The translations under genes and the position numbers were made by a program. DNA of 64,000 nt from Acidobacteriota bacterium (GTDB lineage: Bacteria > Acidobacteriota > UBA890 > WLXD01), in contig CBDFKD010000002.1 in NCBI GenBank assembly GCA_965248695.1, positions 5,440,001 through 5,504,000 on the forward strand, read 5' to 3'. Positions 41,193-51,467 of this stretch are shown piece after piece (position 1 is the stretch's first letter; each line of letters opens with the position of its first letter). Below the pieces are notes generated by a model. It saw nothing but the letters and a program-made list of their open reading frames with translations, ran no database searches and was not told where the DNA came from.

Positions 41193-41570
41193 TCAGAGTC
41201 TGAAGGCGTCGCGTACCCATTCGGTTCGAAGTCTGCCTCGACCATCGGTCAGCAGGGCCACTACGTCGAAGCGAATCGACCGGTAGCCGTGCCCGTACTG
41301 TCGCAAGAACGCCGCCGCGGCACGCGCCAGACGAAGCTGCTTGCGAGCGTCGACGGCCTCCAATGGGGTGCCGAAACGGTCAGATCGTCTCGCCTTGACC
41401 TCGACGAACACAAGCGCGCCATCAGCGTCGACTGCGACAAGGTCAATCTCACCGCCCGCCCGGCGGTAGCGCCGCTCGATCACCTCCATTCCGGCCTGTT
41501 TCAGGCACTGCTCGGCATGGCGCTCGGCGGCGCGTCCGAACCGGGCGCGCCAGGCGTTGTGCTGTCCCAT
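41193..41570 (-). CDS. yraN: YraN family protein (UPF0102)
   Basis: GEIDLVA, VFVEVKAR and RFDVV. Confidence 0.88.
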   Translation of the reverse strand: MGQHNAWRARFGRAAERHAEQCLKQAGMEVIERRYRRAGGEIDLVAVDADGALVFVEVKARRSDRFGTPLEAVDARKQLRLARAAAAFLRQYGHGYRSIRFDVVALLTDGRGRLRTEWVRDAFRL

Positions 41571-41586
41571 GTGAAACAGGAGACGG

Positions 41587-43062
41587 TCAGCGGCTTGCGC
41601 GGCTCCCGGGCAGGCGCCGCCAGCGCACTCCGTCGGGAGTGTCCTCGATCTCGACACCGCGTGCCCGGAGGCGATCCCGCAAAGCGTCCGAGGCCTCGAA
41701 ATCCCGCCCCAGACGGGCCTCGGCGCGCGCCACGATCATGGCCTCGATCTCCGGCCCGACGCTGGGCCCGGAGGCGCGGATGCTCGTACCCTCGTACTCG
41801 ATGTCGAGCTCGCGGCGTTCCTCGCGCTGCAGGATTCCCCAGAGTGCATCGATGTCGGTGAGCCACTCCACTACTCCCTGGAGCGTCTGCCGGTCCGCCT
41901 CCTGGCGATCTAGCGCAGTGTTCACGTCGCGTACCAGGCTGAACACGTGACCCAGCGCACCGGCGCTGTTGAGGTCGTCATCCAGAGCCAGCCCGAAATT
42001 CTCTCGGGCGCGCTCGAGAGCTGCTCGTAGCAATGCGGTGCGCTCCGGATCGTCATCCGGCAAGCGCGGCGATCGCTCCTCGATCCGCGCCAGCAGCTCG
42101 TGCAGGCGGGCGATCGATGCCGACGCCTGTTCAATGGCCTCGAAGGTGAAATTCAACGGCCGCCGATAATGCACCGACGCGAGCAGGTATCGGATCGCCG
42201 TCGGATCGTGCCCTTCCTCGAGCAACTGCGCCAGGGTGTAGAAGTTCCCCAACGACTTGGACATCTTCGTCCCATCAACCACCAGATGGCTGCAGTGCAT
42301 CCAGTGGCGGACGAACTGCACTCCGGTGGCAGCCTCACTCTGGGCTATCTCGTTTTCGTGATGCGGAAAGATCAGGTCGGCACCCCCCAGATGGACATCG
42401 AAGCTCTCACCCAGGTACTTCATGCTCATCGCCGAGCACTCCAGGTGCCACCCTGGCCGACCGTTCCCGAACGGTGACTCCCACGACGGTTCGCCACCGG
42501 TAGCGGCCTTCCACAGCGTGAAGTCTCGCGGGTCCTCCTTCGCCAACCGATCTGTCTCGACGCGTTCGGTCGACTTCATTGCTTCCGGATCGAGGCGAGC
42601 CAGTTGACCGTAGCGGTCGAACGAGGCCACCCGGAAAAAGACGTTGCCCTCAGCAATGTAGGCATGATCGTTGGCAAGCAACTTCGAGATCAGGTCGATC
42701 ATGTCGTCGACGTGGTCGGTCGCCCGCGGGTAGCACGCAGCCGGTCGTACTCCGAGAGCGGTGAGACCACCAAGGAACTCGTCGACGAACGGGTCGGTGT
42801 ACTCGCGCAACGTGACACCCGCCTGCAGCGCGCCCGCGATCGTTCGGTCGTCTACGTCGGTGATGTTCATCACCAGATTCACCTCGTAGCCGCGCCAAAC
42901 GAGGTACCGGTGCACCAGGTCGACCCAGACGAAGAACCGGTAGTTGCCGATGTGCGGCACGTCGTACACGGTCGGACCACACGAGTAGACGCCGACCCGC
43001 GGCGCTGAAGCGGGCGCGAAGGGTTCCTTACGGCGGGTCGCGGTGTTGTAGAAGCGCGGCAT
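41587..43062 (-). CDS. cysS: Cysteine--tRNA ligase
   Basis: CGPTVY, HIGN, GRPGWHLECS and KMSKSLGN. Confidence 0.97.
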   Translation of the reverse strand: MPRFYNTATRRKEPFAPASAPRVGVYSCGPTVYDVPHIGNYRFFVWVDLVHRYLVWRGYEVNLVMNITDVDDRTIAGALQAGVTLREYTDPFVDEFLGGLTALGVRPAACYPRATDHVDDMIDLISKLLANDHAYIAEGNVFFRVASFDRYGQLARLDPEAMKSTERVETDRLAKEDPRDFTLWKAATGGEPSWESPFGNGRPGWHLECSAMSMKYLGESFDVHLGGADLIFPHHENEIAQSEAATGVQFVRHWMHCSHLVVDGTKMSKSLGNFYTLAQLLEEGHDPTAIRYLLASVHYRRPLNFTFEAIEQASASIARLHELLARIEERSPRLPDDDPERTALLRAALERARENFGLALDDDLNSAGALGHVFSLVRDVNTALDRQEADRQTLQGVVEWLTDIDALWGILQREERRELDIEYEGTSIRASGPSVGPEIEAMIVARAEARLGRDFEASDALRDRLRARGVEIEDTPDGVRWRRLPGSRASR

Positions 43063-43086
43063 TAGTGGCCTGATGCTGGCAAAGCC

Positions 43087-43455
43087 CTAGCAGGCCGTGG
43101 TGGAAGTGTGGCGGGCCTGGTTGCGACGAGTTGGGGCCAGATGCAAGGCGGCCTGACGCACACGATGCCCTAGCAGGCCGTGGTGGAAGTGTGGCGGGCC
43201 TGGTTGCGACGAGTTGGCGCCAGATGCAAGGCGACCTGACGCAGACGATGCACTAGCAGGCCATGGTGGAGGAGGGCCAACGCCGCAGATGGCCCCAAAT
43301 CGCCGCAACCCTTCGGGCGACTGGGGGTTGCGCGCGGATGCTGCTGCGTCGTTTGTCGTCAACGATGGGGTGACCATCGCCTCCTCCTCTCTCCTGGCCT
43401 GCGCCTCGCAAAACCCTGTCGCCAGACCCACCACACTTTCACCACGGCCTGCTAG
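43087..43455. mobile_element. Non-autonomous MITE-like element with CTAG ends and a tandemly duplicated 83-bp left end
   Basis: Left end CTAGCAGGCCGTGGTGGAAGTGTGGCGGG versus right end (reverse complement) CTAGCAGGCCGTGGTGAAAGTGTGGTGGG. The left motif recurs at 43170 and, degenerate, at 43253. Internal hairpins; no transposase. Confidence 0.8.
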
Positions 43456-43763
43456 ACGCGGCACGAGACGGTATGTAGATCGGCGCCATCGGTGTCCATA
43501 CCGATCACCACGTCGATGCCATCAGCGACGACCACCAGGCGCGCTCGAATGGCGTCCCCCGCCGTGTCTCCGATGTCGGAGAGCGCCTGTCGCACGTCAA
43601 CCTCTAGCTGATCGCCATCGCAATCGGCGCCGCCGGCCGCAGTCAGGAACGCCCGGGTGGCACTCACCACCAGGCGGAGCATCTCCGAGGGTGTACCCGT
43701 CAGGGTGACCTCCTCGCCAACAAGCTCTTCGTTCATGATTGCAGCGATCGCCTCGTCGCTCAT
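43452..43763 (-). CDS. Hypothetical acidic protein
   Basis: 103-aa ORF in the same orientation as its neighbours; its TAG stop coincides with the MITE CTAG. Confidence 0.5.
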   Translation of the reverse strand: MSDEAIAAIMNEELVGEEVTLTGTPSEMLRLVVSATRAFLTAAGGADCDGDQLEVDVRQALSDIGDTAGDAIRARLVVVADGIDVVIGMDTDGADLHTVSCRV

Positions 43764-43857
43764 GGCCGTACTGGAAGCTCGCGAAGGGCGCCAGTATAGC
43801 TCAGGCCATCCTCCGGACCGGGTCGGTCTGACCGACCGACCGCCGCATCAGATCCGC

Positions 43858-44793
43858 TCACGGCGCGGGTCGCGTCTCGAAGTAGCGTCGAGTCTCGTGG
43901 ACATCCTGCTGGATCTGCGCCGCCAGAGCCGAACCGTCGGGGAAGGCCCGTTCTTGCCGCAGCATCCGCAACAGAGCCAGTTCGATGTCGCGTCCGTACA
44001 GCGGTTCGTCGAAATCCAGCAGGTGAGCTTCGGCGACGAGCTCCCCGGCCGCCTCGAAGGTGGGCCGAATACCGATGTTGGCGACCGCTTGGTGGACCTC
44101 GCCGTCCATTGTGACCTCGGCGACATAGACGCCCCGACGCGGCGTACAAGCGTGGCCGATTCCCAGGTTCGCGGTCGGCGCCTCCAGCAGTCGGCCTCGC
44201 CCTCTACCGGCGACGACCACTCCGGCCAAAGCGTAGGGTCGCCCGAGCAAGCTGGCGGCCGTCTCGATCTCGCCGCCGCCAATGAGCCGCCGGATGCGCG
44301 TCGACGACACCGGCTCGCCATCGACGAGCACGGGCGGGACGCGCTCGACGTGGAAGCCTGCGTCGGCGGCGCGCTCCTCCAGGTAGGACGCCCTGCCGGC
44401 ACGCTCGCGTCCGAACGAGAATCCCTCGCTGACGTGCAAGGAGCCGACATCGAGCTCGGCGATCAGGAACTCGTCGACGAATCGTCTCCGACCCACAGCG
44501 GCGATCTCGCGATCGAACGGAATCACCACCGCCATATCAATGCCGACGGTCTCGATGGCCGCAATGCGCTGGCCGGTCGTTTGCAGCTGCGGGGGCGGCT
44601 CCGGTGCCAGAACGGCAAGCGTATGGGGATCGAAGGTGCATACCACCGCCGGCACCCCGCGCTGCCGCGCCGCCTCGAGCGTCCGGCGCATGACCTCCTG
44701 ATGCCCCAGGTGGACTCCATCGAAGTTGCCGATGGTGACCGCCGGCCGCGCCAGACCGAGATCCAGCTGCCGGAATCCGCGTACTACTCGCAT
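43858..44793 (-). CDS. ribF: Bifunctional riboflavin kinase / FAD synthetase
   Basis: IGNFDGVHLGHQ, VSSTRIR, PTAN, NIGIRPTF and EAHLLDF. Confidence 0.95.
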   Translation of the reverse strand: MRVVRGFRQLDLGLARPAVTIGNFDGVHLGHQEVMRRTLEAARQRGVPAVVCTFDPHTLAVLAPEPPPQLQTTGQRIAAIETVGIDMAVVIPFDREIAAVGRRRFVDEFLIAELDVGSLHVSEGFSFGRERAGRASYLEERAADAGFHVERVPPVLVDGEPVSSTRIRRLIGGGEIETAASLLGRPYALAGVVVAGRGRGRLLEAPTANLGIGHACTPRRGVYVAEVTMDGEVHQAVANIGIRPTFEAAGELVAEAHLLDFDEPLYGRDIELALLRMLRQERAFPDGSALAAQIQQDVHETRRYFETRPAP

Positions 44794-45590
44794 CGGGCGC
44801 GCTCGGGAAGCACCAGCTGGAGCATGAGCTCGTCGTGGGCGACCGCGACCCCGTGTGGAAGGGCCGCATCGGTCGCCGCGTGCTCCAGGTCATGACTCAG
44901 ATGCGTCAGATAGGCCTGTTTGGGTTGCAACCGCGCTACCTGCTCGAGTGCCTGATCGAGCGTAAAGTGCGATCGGTGCGGCTTGCGGCGTAGCGCATCG
45001 ATAACCAGCACATCGAGTCCTCGAAGCCTCGCAGCGGCCTCGCTGGGGATGTCGTTGCAGTCCGTCGCATAGGCGAAGTCCCCGATGCGGAAGGCGCGTA
45101 CGGCGCCTCCACCGTGCGGCAGCTCGATCACCTCGATCTTCAGCCCCGACAGCTCGAAACGGTCACCGATCTCCACCGGGGTCAAGCGCGGCACCGCGAT
45201 GGCGTCGGGCTCGAAGGCGTAGGCGAACATTCGCCGGACCGAGGCGAGCGTGTCCGGGTCGCCATAGAGCGGGATCGGGCGTCGGTACACGAAATTGAAG
45301 ATCCTCAGCTCATCGAGTCCGAGGACGTGGTCGGCGTGGCCGTGGGTGTAGAACACCGCGTCGACCCGGTCGATCCCTGCCCGCAAGGCTTGCTGACGCA
45401 GGTCCGTCGCGGTATCCACAAGGACCTTGACGTCCTTGCCATCGGGCGCCGTCCACTCCAGCAGCAGGCTGGCCCGTAGCCGTCGGTTGCGAGCGTCCGA
45501 AGATGTGCAAACATCACACTGGCACGTGATGACCGGGATACCCACTGAGGTACCGGTACCGAGGAAGGTCACACGGAGTCCGTCAGACAT
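44784..45590 (-). CDS. MBL-fold metallo-hydrolase (PhnP-like)
   Basis: FLGTGTSVGIP...CQCDVC, THGHADHVLGLD and THLSH. Confidence 0.9.
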   Translation of the reverse strand: MSDGLRVTFLGTGTSVGIPVITCQCDVCTSSDARNRRLRASLLLEWTAPDGKDVKVLVDTATDLRQQALRAGIDRVDAVFYTHGHADHVLGLDELRIFNFVYRRPIPLYGDPDTLASVRRMFAYAFEPDAIAVPRLTPVEIGDRFELSGLKIEVIELPHGGGAVRAFRIGDFAYATDCNDIPSEAAARLRGLDVLVIDALRRKPHRSHFTLDQALEQVARLQPKQAYLTHLSHDLEHAATDAALPHGVAVAHDELMLQLVLPERARCE

Positions 45591-45707
45591 GATCAGGTAG
45601 AAGGTCGCGCGGAGGTTGCCGGTCGAGGACGTCGGCAGAGCGGGGGCTGCGAACGGCGGCCGATACTACCATGGCGGTGGTCGCGAAACTCCGGGCTCGA
45701 GGGGCGG

Positions 45708-45974
45708 ATGGAAGAGTTGCTGTTGTTACTTTACAGCCGTCCCGGGTGCCATCTTTGCGACGCTGCCAAGGACTCGCTAGCCCCCTTCGTAGAGCGCTAC
45801 GGTCTCCGCGTCGAGGAGCGCAACGTCGAGCTGAATCCGGGATGGGAGCGCAAATACGGCACCCAGATACCCGTCGGAGTGCTCGGCGGGCGCAAAGTGT
45901 TCAAGTACCACCTCGATTCCGGCCGCCTCGAGCGCTCCATTCAGGCGCTGCTACAAGTTCCGCCAGAGGCCTGA
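45708..45974 (+). CDS. Glutaredoxin-like protein (DUF836 type)
   Basis: YSRPGCHLCD and IPV. Confidence 0.85.
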   Translation: MEELLLLLYSRPGCHLCDAAKDSLAPFVERYGLRVEERNVELNPGWERKYGTQIPVGVLGGRKVFKYHLDSGRLERSIQALLQVPPEA

Positions 45975-46059
45975 GGCGGGCGGCTCCGGCAGATCAGCGA
46001 AACCGTGGCTGTGCTAACCTCTCTTCGTCTTTCGAGCCGCATTGTACGGAGCAACCCCG

Positions 46060-46509
46060 ATGGGAATTCGGCGCAAACAGGTAGTGATCGCGGCGATCGT
46101 CATGACCCTGGCGCTCGGCTATCTCTTGTTCACCGGCATGCGCGACACTATGGTCTTCTACTACACCGTAAGTGAGGTTACCTCGCAGGGTGGGACGCTC
46201 AGCAACGTGCCACTCCGCGTAGCAGGCAAGGTGGTCGCCGGCACGATCGAGATATCGGCAGCGAATCATCTCGACCGCCGGTTCGTGATTCACGAGGGCG
46301 GCTCCGAGATTCCGGTCGTGTATCACGGCATCACGCCGGACACGCTGGTTGACGGCGCCGACGCGGTGGTGGAAGGCAAGCTGGGTACCGACGGCATATT
46401 CAACGCTACCTTCGTGATGGCGAAATGTCCGTCCAAGTACGAGGCTGAGACCGACCTCTCGAAGTACCGCGAGGCAGGCGTGGCGGCCCGCACCGAGACC
46501 TCTCCCTGA
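46060..46509 (+). CDS. ccmE: Cytochrome c maturation heme chaperone CcmE, CxxxY variant
   Basis: Single N-terminal TM helix, LRVAGKV, VVEG and MAKCPSKY; upstream of ccmF. Confidence 0.88.
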   Translation: MGIRRKQVVIAAIVMTLALGYLLFTGMRDTMVFYYTVSEVTSQGGTLSNVPLRVAGKVVAGTIEISAANHLDRRFVIHEGGSEIPVVYHGITPDTLVDGADAVVEGKLGTDGIFNATFVMAKCPSKYEAETDLSKYREAGVAARTETSP

Positions 46510-46534
46510 TCCTGGACAGCGGAGCGTCCCGCCG

Positions 46535-48496
46535 TTGATCGCTCTAGGCCACAGCGCCCTGATCGCCGCTTTCGCCACTGCTGCTTACACGATCGCCGTG
46601 GCATTGCTTGGCGCCCGACGACGGCAGCCCGCCCTCATCGGCAGCGCCCGAAACGGTGTCTATGTGACCTCGGGATTGGTCTTCGTAGCCGCCGGGTCGC
46701 TACTCTGGCTACTGGCCAACGATCGCTTCGTCGTGCGCTATGTGGCCGAGAACTCCCGCATCGCCCAGCCGCTCATATACAAGATATCGGCGCTCTGGGG
46801 CGGCATGGCCGGATCGTTGCTGTTGTGGACGGTAGTGCTGTGTGCGTACTCGACCCTCGCCGTGTGGACCAATCGTCGCCGTCACCCGGAGCTCATGCCG
46901 TACGTCTACGCCGTGTGCATGACGACCGCCATGTTCTTCATCGCGCTGCAGCTGTTCGCCGCCGATCCGTTCGAGACACTGCCGTTCACGCCGCTCGACG
47001 GCAGGGGGTTGAACCCGCTCCTGCAAAACCCTGCCATGGCCATCCACCCTCCAAATCTTTATATGGGGTTCGTGGGGTTCACGATTCCGTTCGCCTTCGC
47101 GATCGGCGCGCTAGCAAGCGGACGGCTCGACACCTCGTGGCTGCACGCCATTCGGCGCTGGACCATCGTCGCCTGGTTCTTCCTATCGATCGGCATCACG
47201 CTGGGGGCGCAGTGGGCCTATGTGGAGCTCGGCTGGGGAGGGTACTGGGGCTGGGATCCGGTGGAGAACGCATCCCTGATGCCATGGCTGGTGGCCACCG
47301 CGTACCTGCACTCGGTAATGATCGAGGAAAAGAAGCAGATGCTGCGGGTGTGGAACATGTTGATGGTCATCGCGACGTTCGCGTTGTGCATCTTCGGTAC
47401 GTTCCTGACCCGCTCCGGGATCGTCTCTTCAGTACACGCCTTCACCACCTCGAACCTCGGGCCCCTCTTCGCGATCTTCCTGGCGGCCATTCTCGCGGTC
47501 AGCTTGGGCCTCGTCGCCTGGCGACTGCCTGATCTAAGGAGCGCCAACCAGCTCGAATCGGTGCTCTCGCGCGAATCATCGTTCCTGTTCAACAACCTGG
47601 TACTGGTGGTGTCCTGTTTCGCCGTGCTGTGGGGGACCATGTTCCCGGTTATCAGCGAGGCTGTGAACGGCGTCAAGATCACCGTCGGGCCACCGTTCTT
47701 CAATCGCGTCAATGTGCCCATCTTCCTGATGCTCCTGGCACTCACCGGCGTCGGGCCACTGATCGCATGGCGCCGCGCATCGTGGCCCAGCCTGCGGCGG
47801 GCGTTCGTGTGGCCAAGTATTTCTGGCGTGGCGGCGATGATCGTGATGCTGGCGCTGGGGCTCGGAGGCCCTTACACGCTCATCTGCATCGGGCTGTCGG
47901 CGTTTGTCGTCGGCACCGTCGTGCAGGAGTTCTGGCGCGGCACGCGGGCGCGGTCGGCCGCCAACGATGAGACCTGGCACCAGGCCCTGGTCGGACTGAC
48001 CCTGCGTAACAAACGACGCTACGGCGGCTACATCATCCATGTGGGCATCGTCCTGATGGCCATCGGGATCACCGGCTCGAGCGTTTTCCAACGCGAGGTT
48101 GAGGCCACCCTGCGACCGGGCGAGACGGTCGACATCGGCGCCTATCGCCTCCAATACGAAAAGCTCGACCATTTCCAGTCCAGCGGCGTCGAGGTGAGCT
48201 CCGCATCGGTGATTGCTTTTGACGGCGGCACGCCCCGGTTCCGTCTGGTGCCGCAACGGCACTTCCATCCGGCGCAGGAGAATCCGACCACTGAAGTGGC
48301 GATCTGGAGCAGCCTCAGGCACGACCTGTACATCGTGCTCGCTGGCTGGGACGCGCAGCAAACCGCAACGTTCAAGGCCTACTTGAACCCGCTCGTCAAG
48401 TGGATCTGGATCGGCCTCGCAGTGCTCGCGCTGGGCAGCATCCTGGCAATGTTCCCCGACCGCAGCCACAGCCAGGTCGGCATCGCGAACTACTGA
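46535..48496 (+). CDS. ccmF: Cytochrome c heme lyase CcmF
   Basis: GLNPLLQ, IHPP, WGGYWGWDPVEN and SVHAF. Confidence 0.96.
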   Translation: MIALGHSALIAAFATAAYTIAVALLGARRRQPALIGSARNGVYVTSGLVFVAAGSLLWLLANDRFVVRYVAENSRIAQPLIYKISALWGGMAGSLLLWTVVLCAYSTLAVWTNRRRHPELMPYVYAVCMTTAMFFIALQLFAADPFETLPFTPLDGRGLNPLLQNPAMAIHPPNLYMGFVGFTIPFAFAIGALASGRLDTSWLHAIRRWTIVAWFFLSIGITLGAQWAYVELGWGGYWGWDPVENASLMPWLVATAYLHSVMIEEKKQMLRVWNMLMVIATFALCIFGTFLTRSGIVSSVHAFTTSNLGPLFAIFLAAILAVSLGLVAWRLPDLRSANQLESVLSRESSFLFNNLVLVVSCFAVLWGTMFPVISEAVNGVKITVGPPFFNRVNVPIFLMLLALTGVGPLIAWRRASWPSLRRAFVWPSISGVAAMIVMLALGLGGPYTLICIGLSAFVVGTVVQEFWRGTRARSAANDETWHQALVGLTLRNKRRYGGYIIHVGIVLMAIGITGSSVFQREVEATLRPGETVDIGAYRLQYEKLDHFQSSGVEVSSASVIAFDGGTPRFRLVPQRHFHPAQENPTTEVAIWSSLRHDLYIVLAGWDAQQTATFKAYLNPLVKWIWIGLAVLALGSILAMFPDRSHSQVGIANY

Positions 48497-48510
48497 CGGA
48501 AGGTCGCAAC

Positions 48511-49059
48511 ATGCACAGCGGAAACAACCAGGCAGGGAGCGCAACGCTGATCGTCCTGACGGCGCTGGCGGCCGGCGCACTGGGGCTCGCCAGCGCCTGG
48601 TGGATGGCGCAGCCGGACCACCGCATCGACCCGTTCACGCGTCTGGCTGGCGAGATCGGCTGTCAGTGCGGTGATTGCAATCTCAGACCGATCGGAACTT
48701 GCGGGTGTGGCTTCGCCGACGGAATGCTCGCGGAGCTGCGCGAGCTCGTCGATACCGGTCAGTCTGACGAGCAGGTGATGACTACGCTCGTGGCGCGCTA
48801 CAACTCGACGATCCGCATCAAGCCCGACAGCTCGGGCTTTGGTCTGCTCGCCTGGGCCGTACCGATCCTGCTGCTGACGATGGGCGCTGTCGGCGTCGGC
48901 GCGGTGTTGTCGCACTGGGCTCGCAAGGACTTCGACGACGACGACCCGAGCAAGCCGCCCGTGGCCTCGCCTTCGACGCCCGCGACGACCATGCAAGACG
49001 ATAATGACGCGCGCCTACGCGCCATCGTCGAGCGCGAGCTGGACTCGCTCAGCGACTGA
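48511..49059 (+). CDS. ccmH: CcmH-like cytochrome c biogenesis protein
   Basis: CQCGDC...CGC, then LVARY...LAWAVP TM segment; directly after ccmF. Confidence 0.75.
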   Translation: MHSGNNQAGSATLIVLTALAAGALGLASAWWMAQPDHRIDPFTRLAGEIGCQCGDCNLRPIGTCGCGFADGMLAELRELVDTGQSDEQVMTTLVARYNSTIRIKPDSSGFGLLAWAVPILLLTMGAVGVGAVLSHWARKDFDDDDPSKPPVASPSTPATTMQDDNDARLRAIVERELDSLSD

Positions 49060-49571
49060 TGGAGATCGTCATCCCCTTGGCGGTGGTGATCCTGGCCACG
49101 CTGGCCCTCGTGTATCCGCTTGTACGCCCTCCCCTGCTAGCGCTCGAGAACGGTGCCGGGCCGTGGTCGAAGCTGGCTGCCCTGGAGGACCGCAAGCAAG
49201 TAATCTATGGCGCGATTCGCGAGGCTAGCTTCGACTTCCGCACCGACAAGATCGGCGAGGATAACTACCGGCAGGAGGTCAAGCTACTCAAGCAGCAAGC
49301 CATCGAGATCGTGGCCGAGATAGAAGCGTTGCGAACGCAGGCACCGCGCGCCGCCACGTCACTCGAGCAGAGGATTTCGGCAGCTCGCGAGCAGTTGCTG
49401 CAGGATGACCCCCAGGCCATCGATGCCGGCGATGAAAACGAAGCAAACGTGCGCGCGGCGGCCACCGACGACGCCCCCGCTGTCGACCGATTCTGCAGCT
49501 CGTGCGGGCACGGTGCAGACCACGACGATCGTTTCTGCGCCGCCTGCGGTGCCCGACTGCAAGCCACCTGA
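49059..49571 (+). CDS. Membrane-anchored zinc-ribbon protein (CcmI N-terminal-like)
   Basis: TM helix, IREASFDFRTDKIGEDNY, and C-terminal FCSSCG...FCAACG. Confidence 0.7.
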   Translation: MEIVIPLAVVILATLALVYPLVRPPLLALENGAGPWSKLAALEDRKQVIYGAIREASFDFRTDKIGEDNYRQEVKLLKQQAIEIVAEIEALRTQAPRAATSLEQRISAAREQLLQDDPQAIDAGDENEANVRAAATDDAPAVDRFCSSCGHGADHDDRFCAACGARLQAT

Positions 49572-49573
49572 GC

Positions 49574-50749
49574 ATGGACGCGAAGGGGTTTGCGCCGTGG
49601 ATCCTTGCCGCCGGGCTGGCCACCGTGGGGGTCGTCAGCGCGACGCCGTCGCAGAACGACACGACGTCGGTGCGGGCGCGAGCCACGCTTCCCGACGGCA
49701 CCACCGTAGCGCCGCTGATGCAACTCGAAGTACACGATGGCACGGCAGTGGTGTTTTCGGCTCGCGCTGACGCCGACGATACCGGCTTCGTGCACTGGGA
49801 TTCCGTCCCCGCCGCGCCAGGCATGCACGCAACCGTCAGCGCGGTGTACGACGGGGTGAGGTATCAATCCGAGACAGCGGTGGTAAACGCCGGATCGGTT
49901 CTGCAGATCGAGCTACCGGTATTCCCGGTGTCCACCGAGGGAAACCCGCTGCACATCGACACCCTGCACGTGATTGTCCAGGCCGACGATCCCACGGTCT
50001 ACCGCGTGCTGCAGTTCATGACGGTCAGCAATGCGAGCAGCACGGCTTTTGCGGGAGGCCCGTCACTAGGCGACGGACGCCGCGCCGGCCTGGTGATTCC
50101 GCTGCCGGACCAGGCATCCGCCGTCAGCCCGGCCCCGTTCCCGACGCCAGAGGATGCGCTACCGCGCACCGATGCAGGCATCGAGCCGGGTCGCGTCCTG
50201 GACGCACGCCCGGTACCGCCGGCGGGGCGACAGGTCGCCGTCACCTACACGTTGACCGCGGACGCCACGAGTCTTCCGTTCCGTATCGAGCTGCCCTACC
50301 CGGTGCAGACCCTCAGCGTCATGTTGGGCGGCGACGCGGCCGCCGATCTCGAGCTCACGACATCGACGTTGCAGCAGAATGAGCCGCAGGACATCGGTGG
50401 CGAACTCTACGAGCTGTGGACCGCCGAGGCTCTACCGCCCGGAGCCGAATTGTCGTTCGAGCTCGGGGTTCGGGGCGTGCGGTTGCTGCCGACCCACTGG
50501 GCGCTGATCGGACTCGCGTCAGCCCTCGTGGTAGCGATCGTTGCGACGATCCACGGCGGCGGATCGATGCAGCATGTCCGACACCGCCAGTCACGGCTGA
50601 TTGATCGCATCGCCCGCCTCGACGTGCAATACGAGCGCGGCGAGATCGCCGACCTGGAGTACTTCCGGGCTCGCGGGCAGGAGCTCGAGAGTCTGCAGCT
50701 GGTGGCTCTGCAGGCAAAAGCGGCGCGAGCGACGCGCACCGCTTCCTGA
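49574..50749 (+). CDS. Uncharacterised exported/membrane protein in the ccm operon
   Basis: Signal peptide, beta-rich body, C-terminal TM helix and IARLDVQYERGEI tail. Confidence 0.65.
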   Translation: MDAKGFAPWILAAGLATVGVVSATPSQNDTTSVRARATLPDGTTVAPLMQLEVHDGTAVVFSARADADDTGFVHWDSVPAAPGMHATVSAVYDGVRYQSETAVVNAGSVLQIELPVFPVSTEGNPLHIDTLHVIVQADDPTVYRVLQFMTVSNASSTAFAGGPSLGDGRRAGLVIPLPDQASAVSPAPFPTPEDALPRTDAGIEPGRVLDARPVPPAGRQVAVTYTLTADATSLPFRIELPYPVQTLSVMLGGDAAADLELTTSTLQQNEPQDIGGELYELWTAEALPPGAELSFELGVRGVRLLPTHWALIGLASALVVAIVATIHGGGSMQHVRHRQSRLIDRIARLDVQYERGEIADLEYFRARGQELESLQLVALQAKAARATRTAS

Positions 50750-50756
50750 CGCCATC

Positions 50757-51467
50757 GTGCAAGCGACCATCGTCGCCCGTGGGCTCGGCAAACGATTCGG
50801 CGGCCACGTGGGGCTGGCCGATGTCGACCTGGACGTGCCGGCGGGTGAGTTTCTCACCATCTTCGGCCCCAACGGTGCCGGCAAGACCACCTTGATTCGT
50901 TGCCTGGCGACGCTGGCGCGCCCGACCACGGGCACGGTCGAGCTTCTCGGCGTCGCACTGGCCACGGCCGACGCCGGGATCCGATCGCGAATCGGCGTCG
51001 TCTCGCACCAGTCGTTTCTGTACGGGCAGCTCACCGCGCGCGAGAACCTGCTCTTCTACGCCCGTATGTTTGCAGTAGACGACGCTGACGACCGTGTTCG
51101 CGCGGTGGCCGATGTCGTTCAGCTGACGGATCGGCTTGACGATCAGGTGCGGACGTTCTCTCGCGGGCTGGTGCAGCGCTGCGCCATCGCGCGCGCGCTC
51201 GTGCATGAGCCTGAGATGTTGCTGTTTGACGAACCATTCTCGGGACTCGACCCGCTGGCTGCCGCACGGCTGGCGGATATGCTGCGAGCGGCGCACGAGG
51301 CCGGGCGTACCGTTGTCATGACCAGCCACGACCTGCGCCGCGGCATCGAGCTGGCAGATCGCGTGGCTGTGCTGCGGCGTGGTCGGCTGGTGCATATCCA
51401 GCCGGCAGCCACGGCGAGCGACTTCGAGGCCACCTACTACGGTCTCGTTACGGACGCTGACCGGTGA
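50757..51467 (+). CDS. ccmA: Heme exporter ATP-binding subunit
   Basis: GPNGAGKTT, FSRGLVQR and LFDEPFSGLD; start approximate. Confidence 0.88.
   Translation: MQATIVARGLGKRFGGHVGLADVDLDVPAGEFLTIFGPNGAGKTTLIRCLATLARPTTGTVELLGVALATADAGIRSRIGVVSHQSFLYGQLTARENLLFYARMFAVDDADDRVRAVADVVQLTDRLDDQVRTFSRGLVQRCAIARALVHEPEMLLFDEPFSGLDPLAAARLADMLRAAHEAGRTVVMTSHDLRRGIELADRVAVLRRGRLVHIQPAATASDFEATYYGLVTDADR

Noticed and set aside
43087-43270. CRISPR array from the recurring CTAGCAGGCC motif
   Set aside because: The intervening sequences are near-identical rather than unique spacers, and a matching inverted end indicates a MITE.
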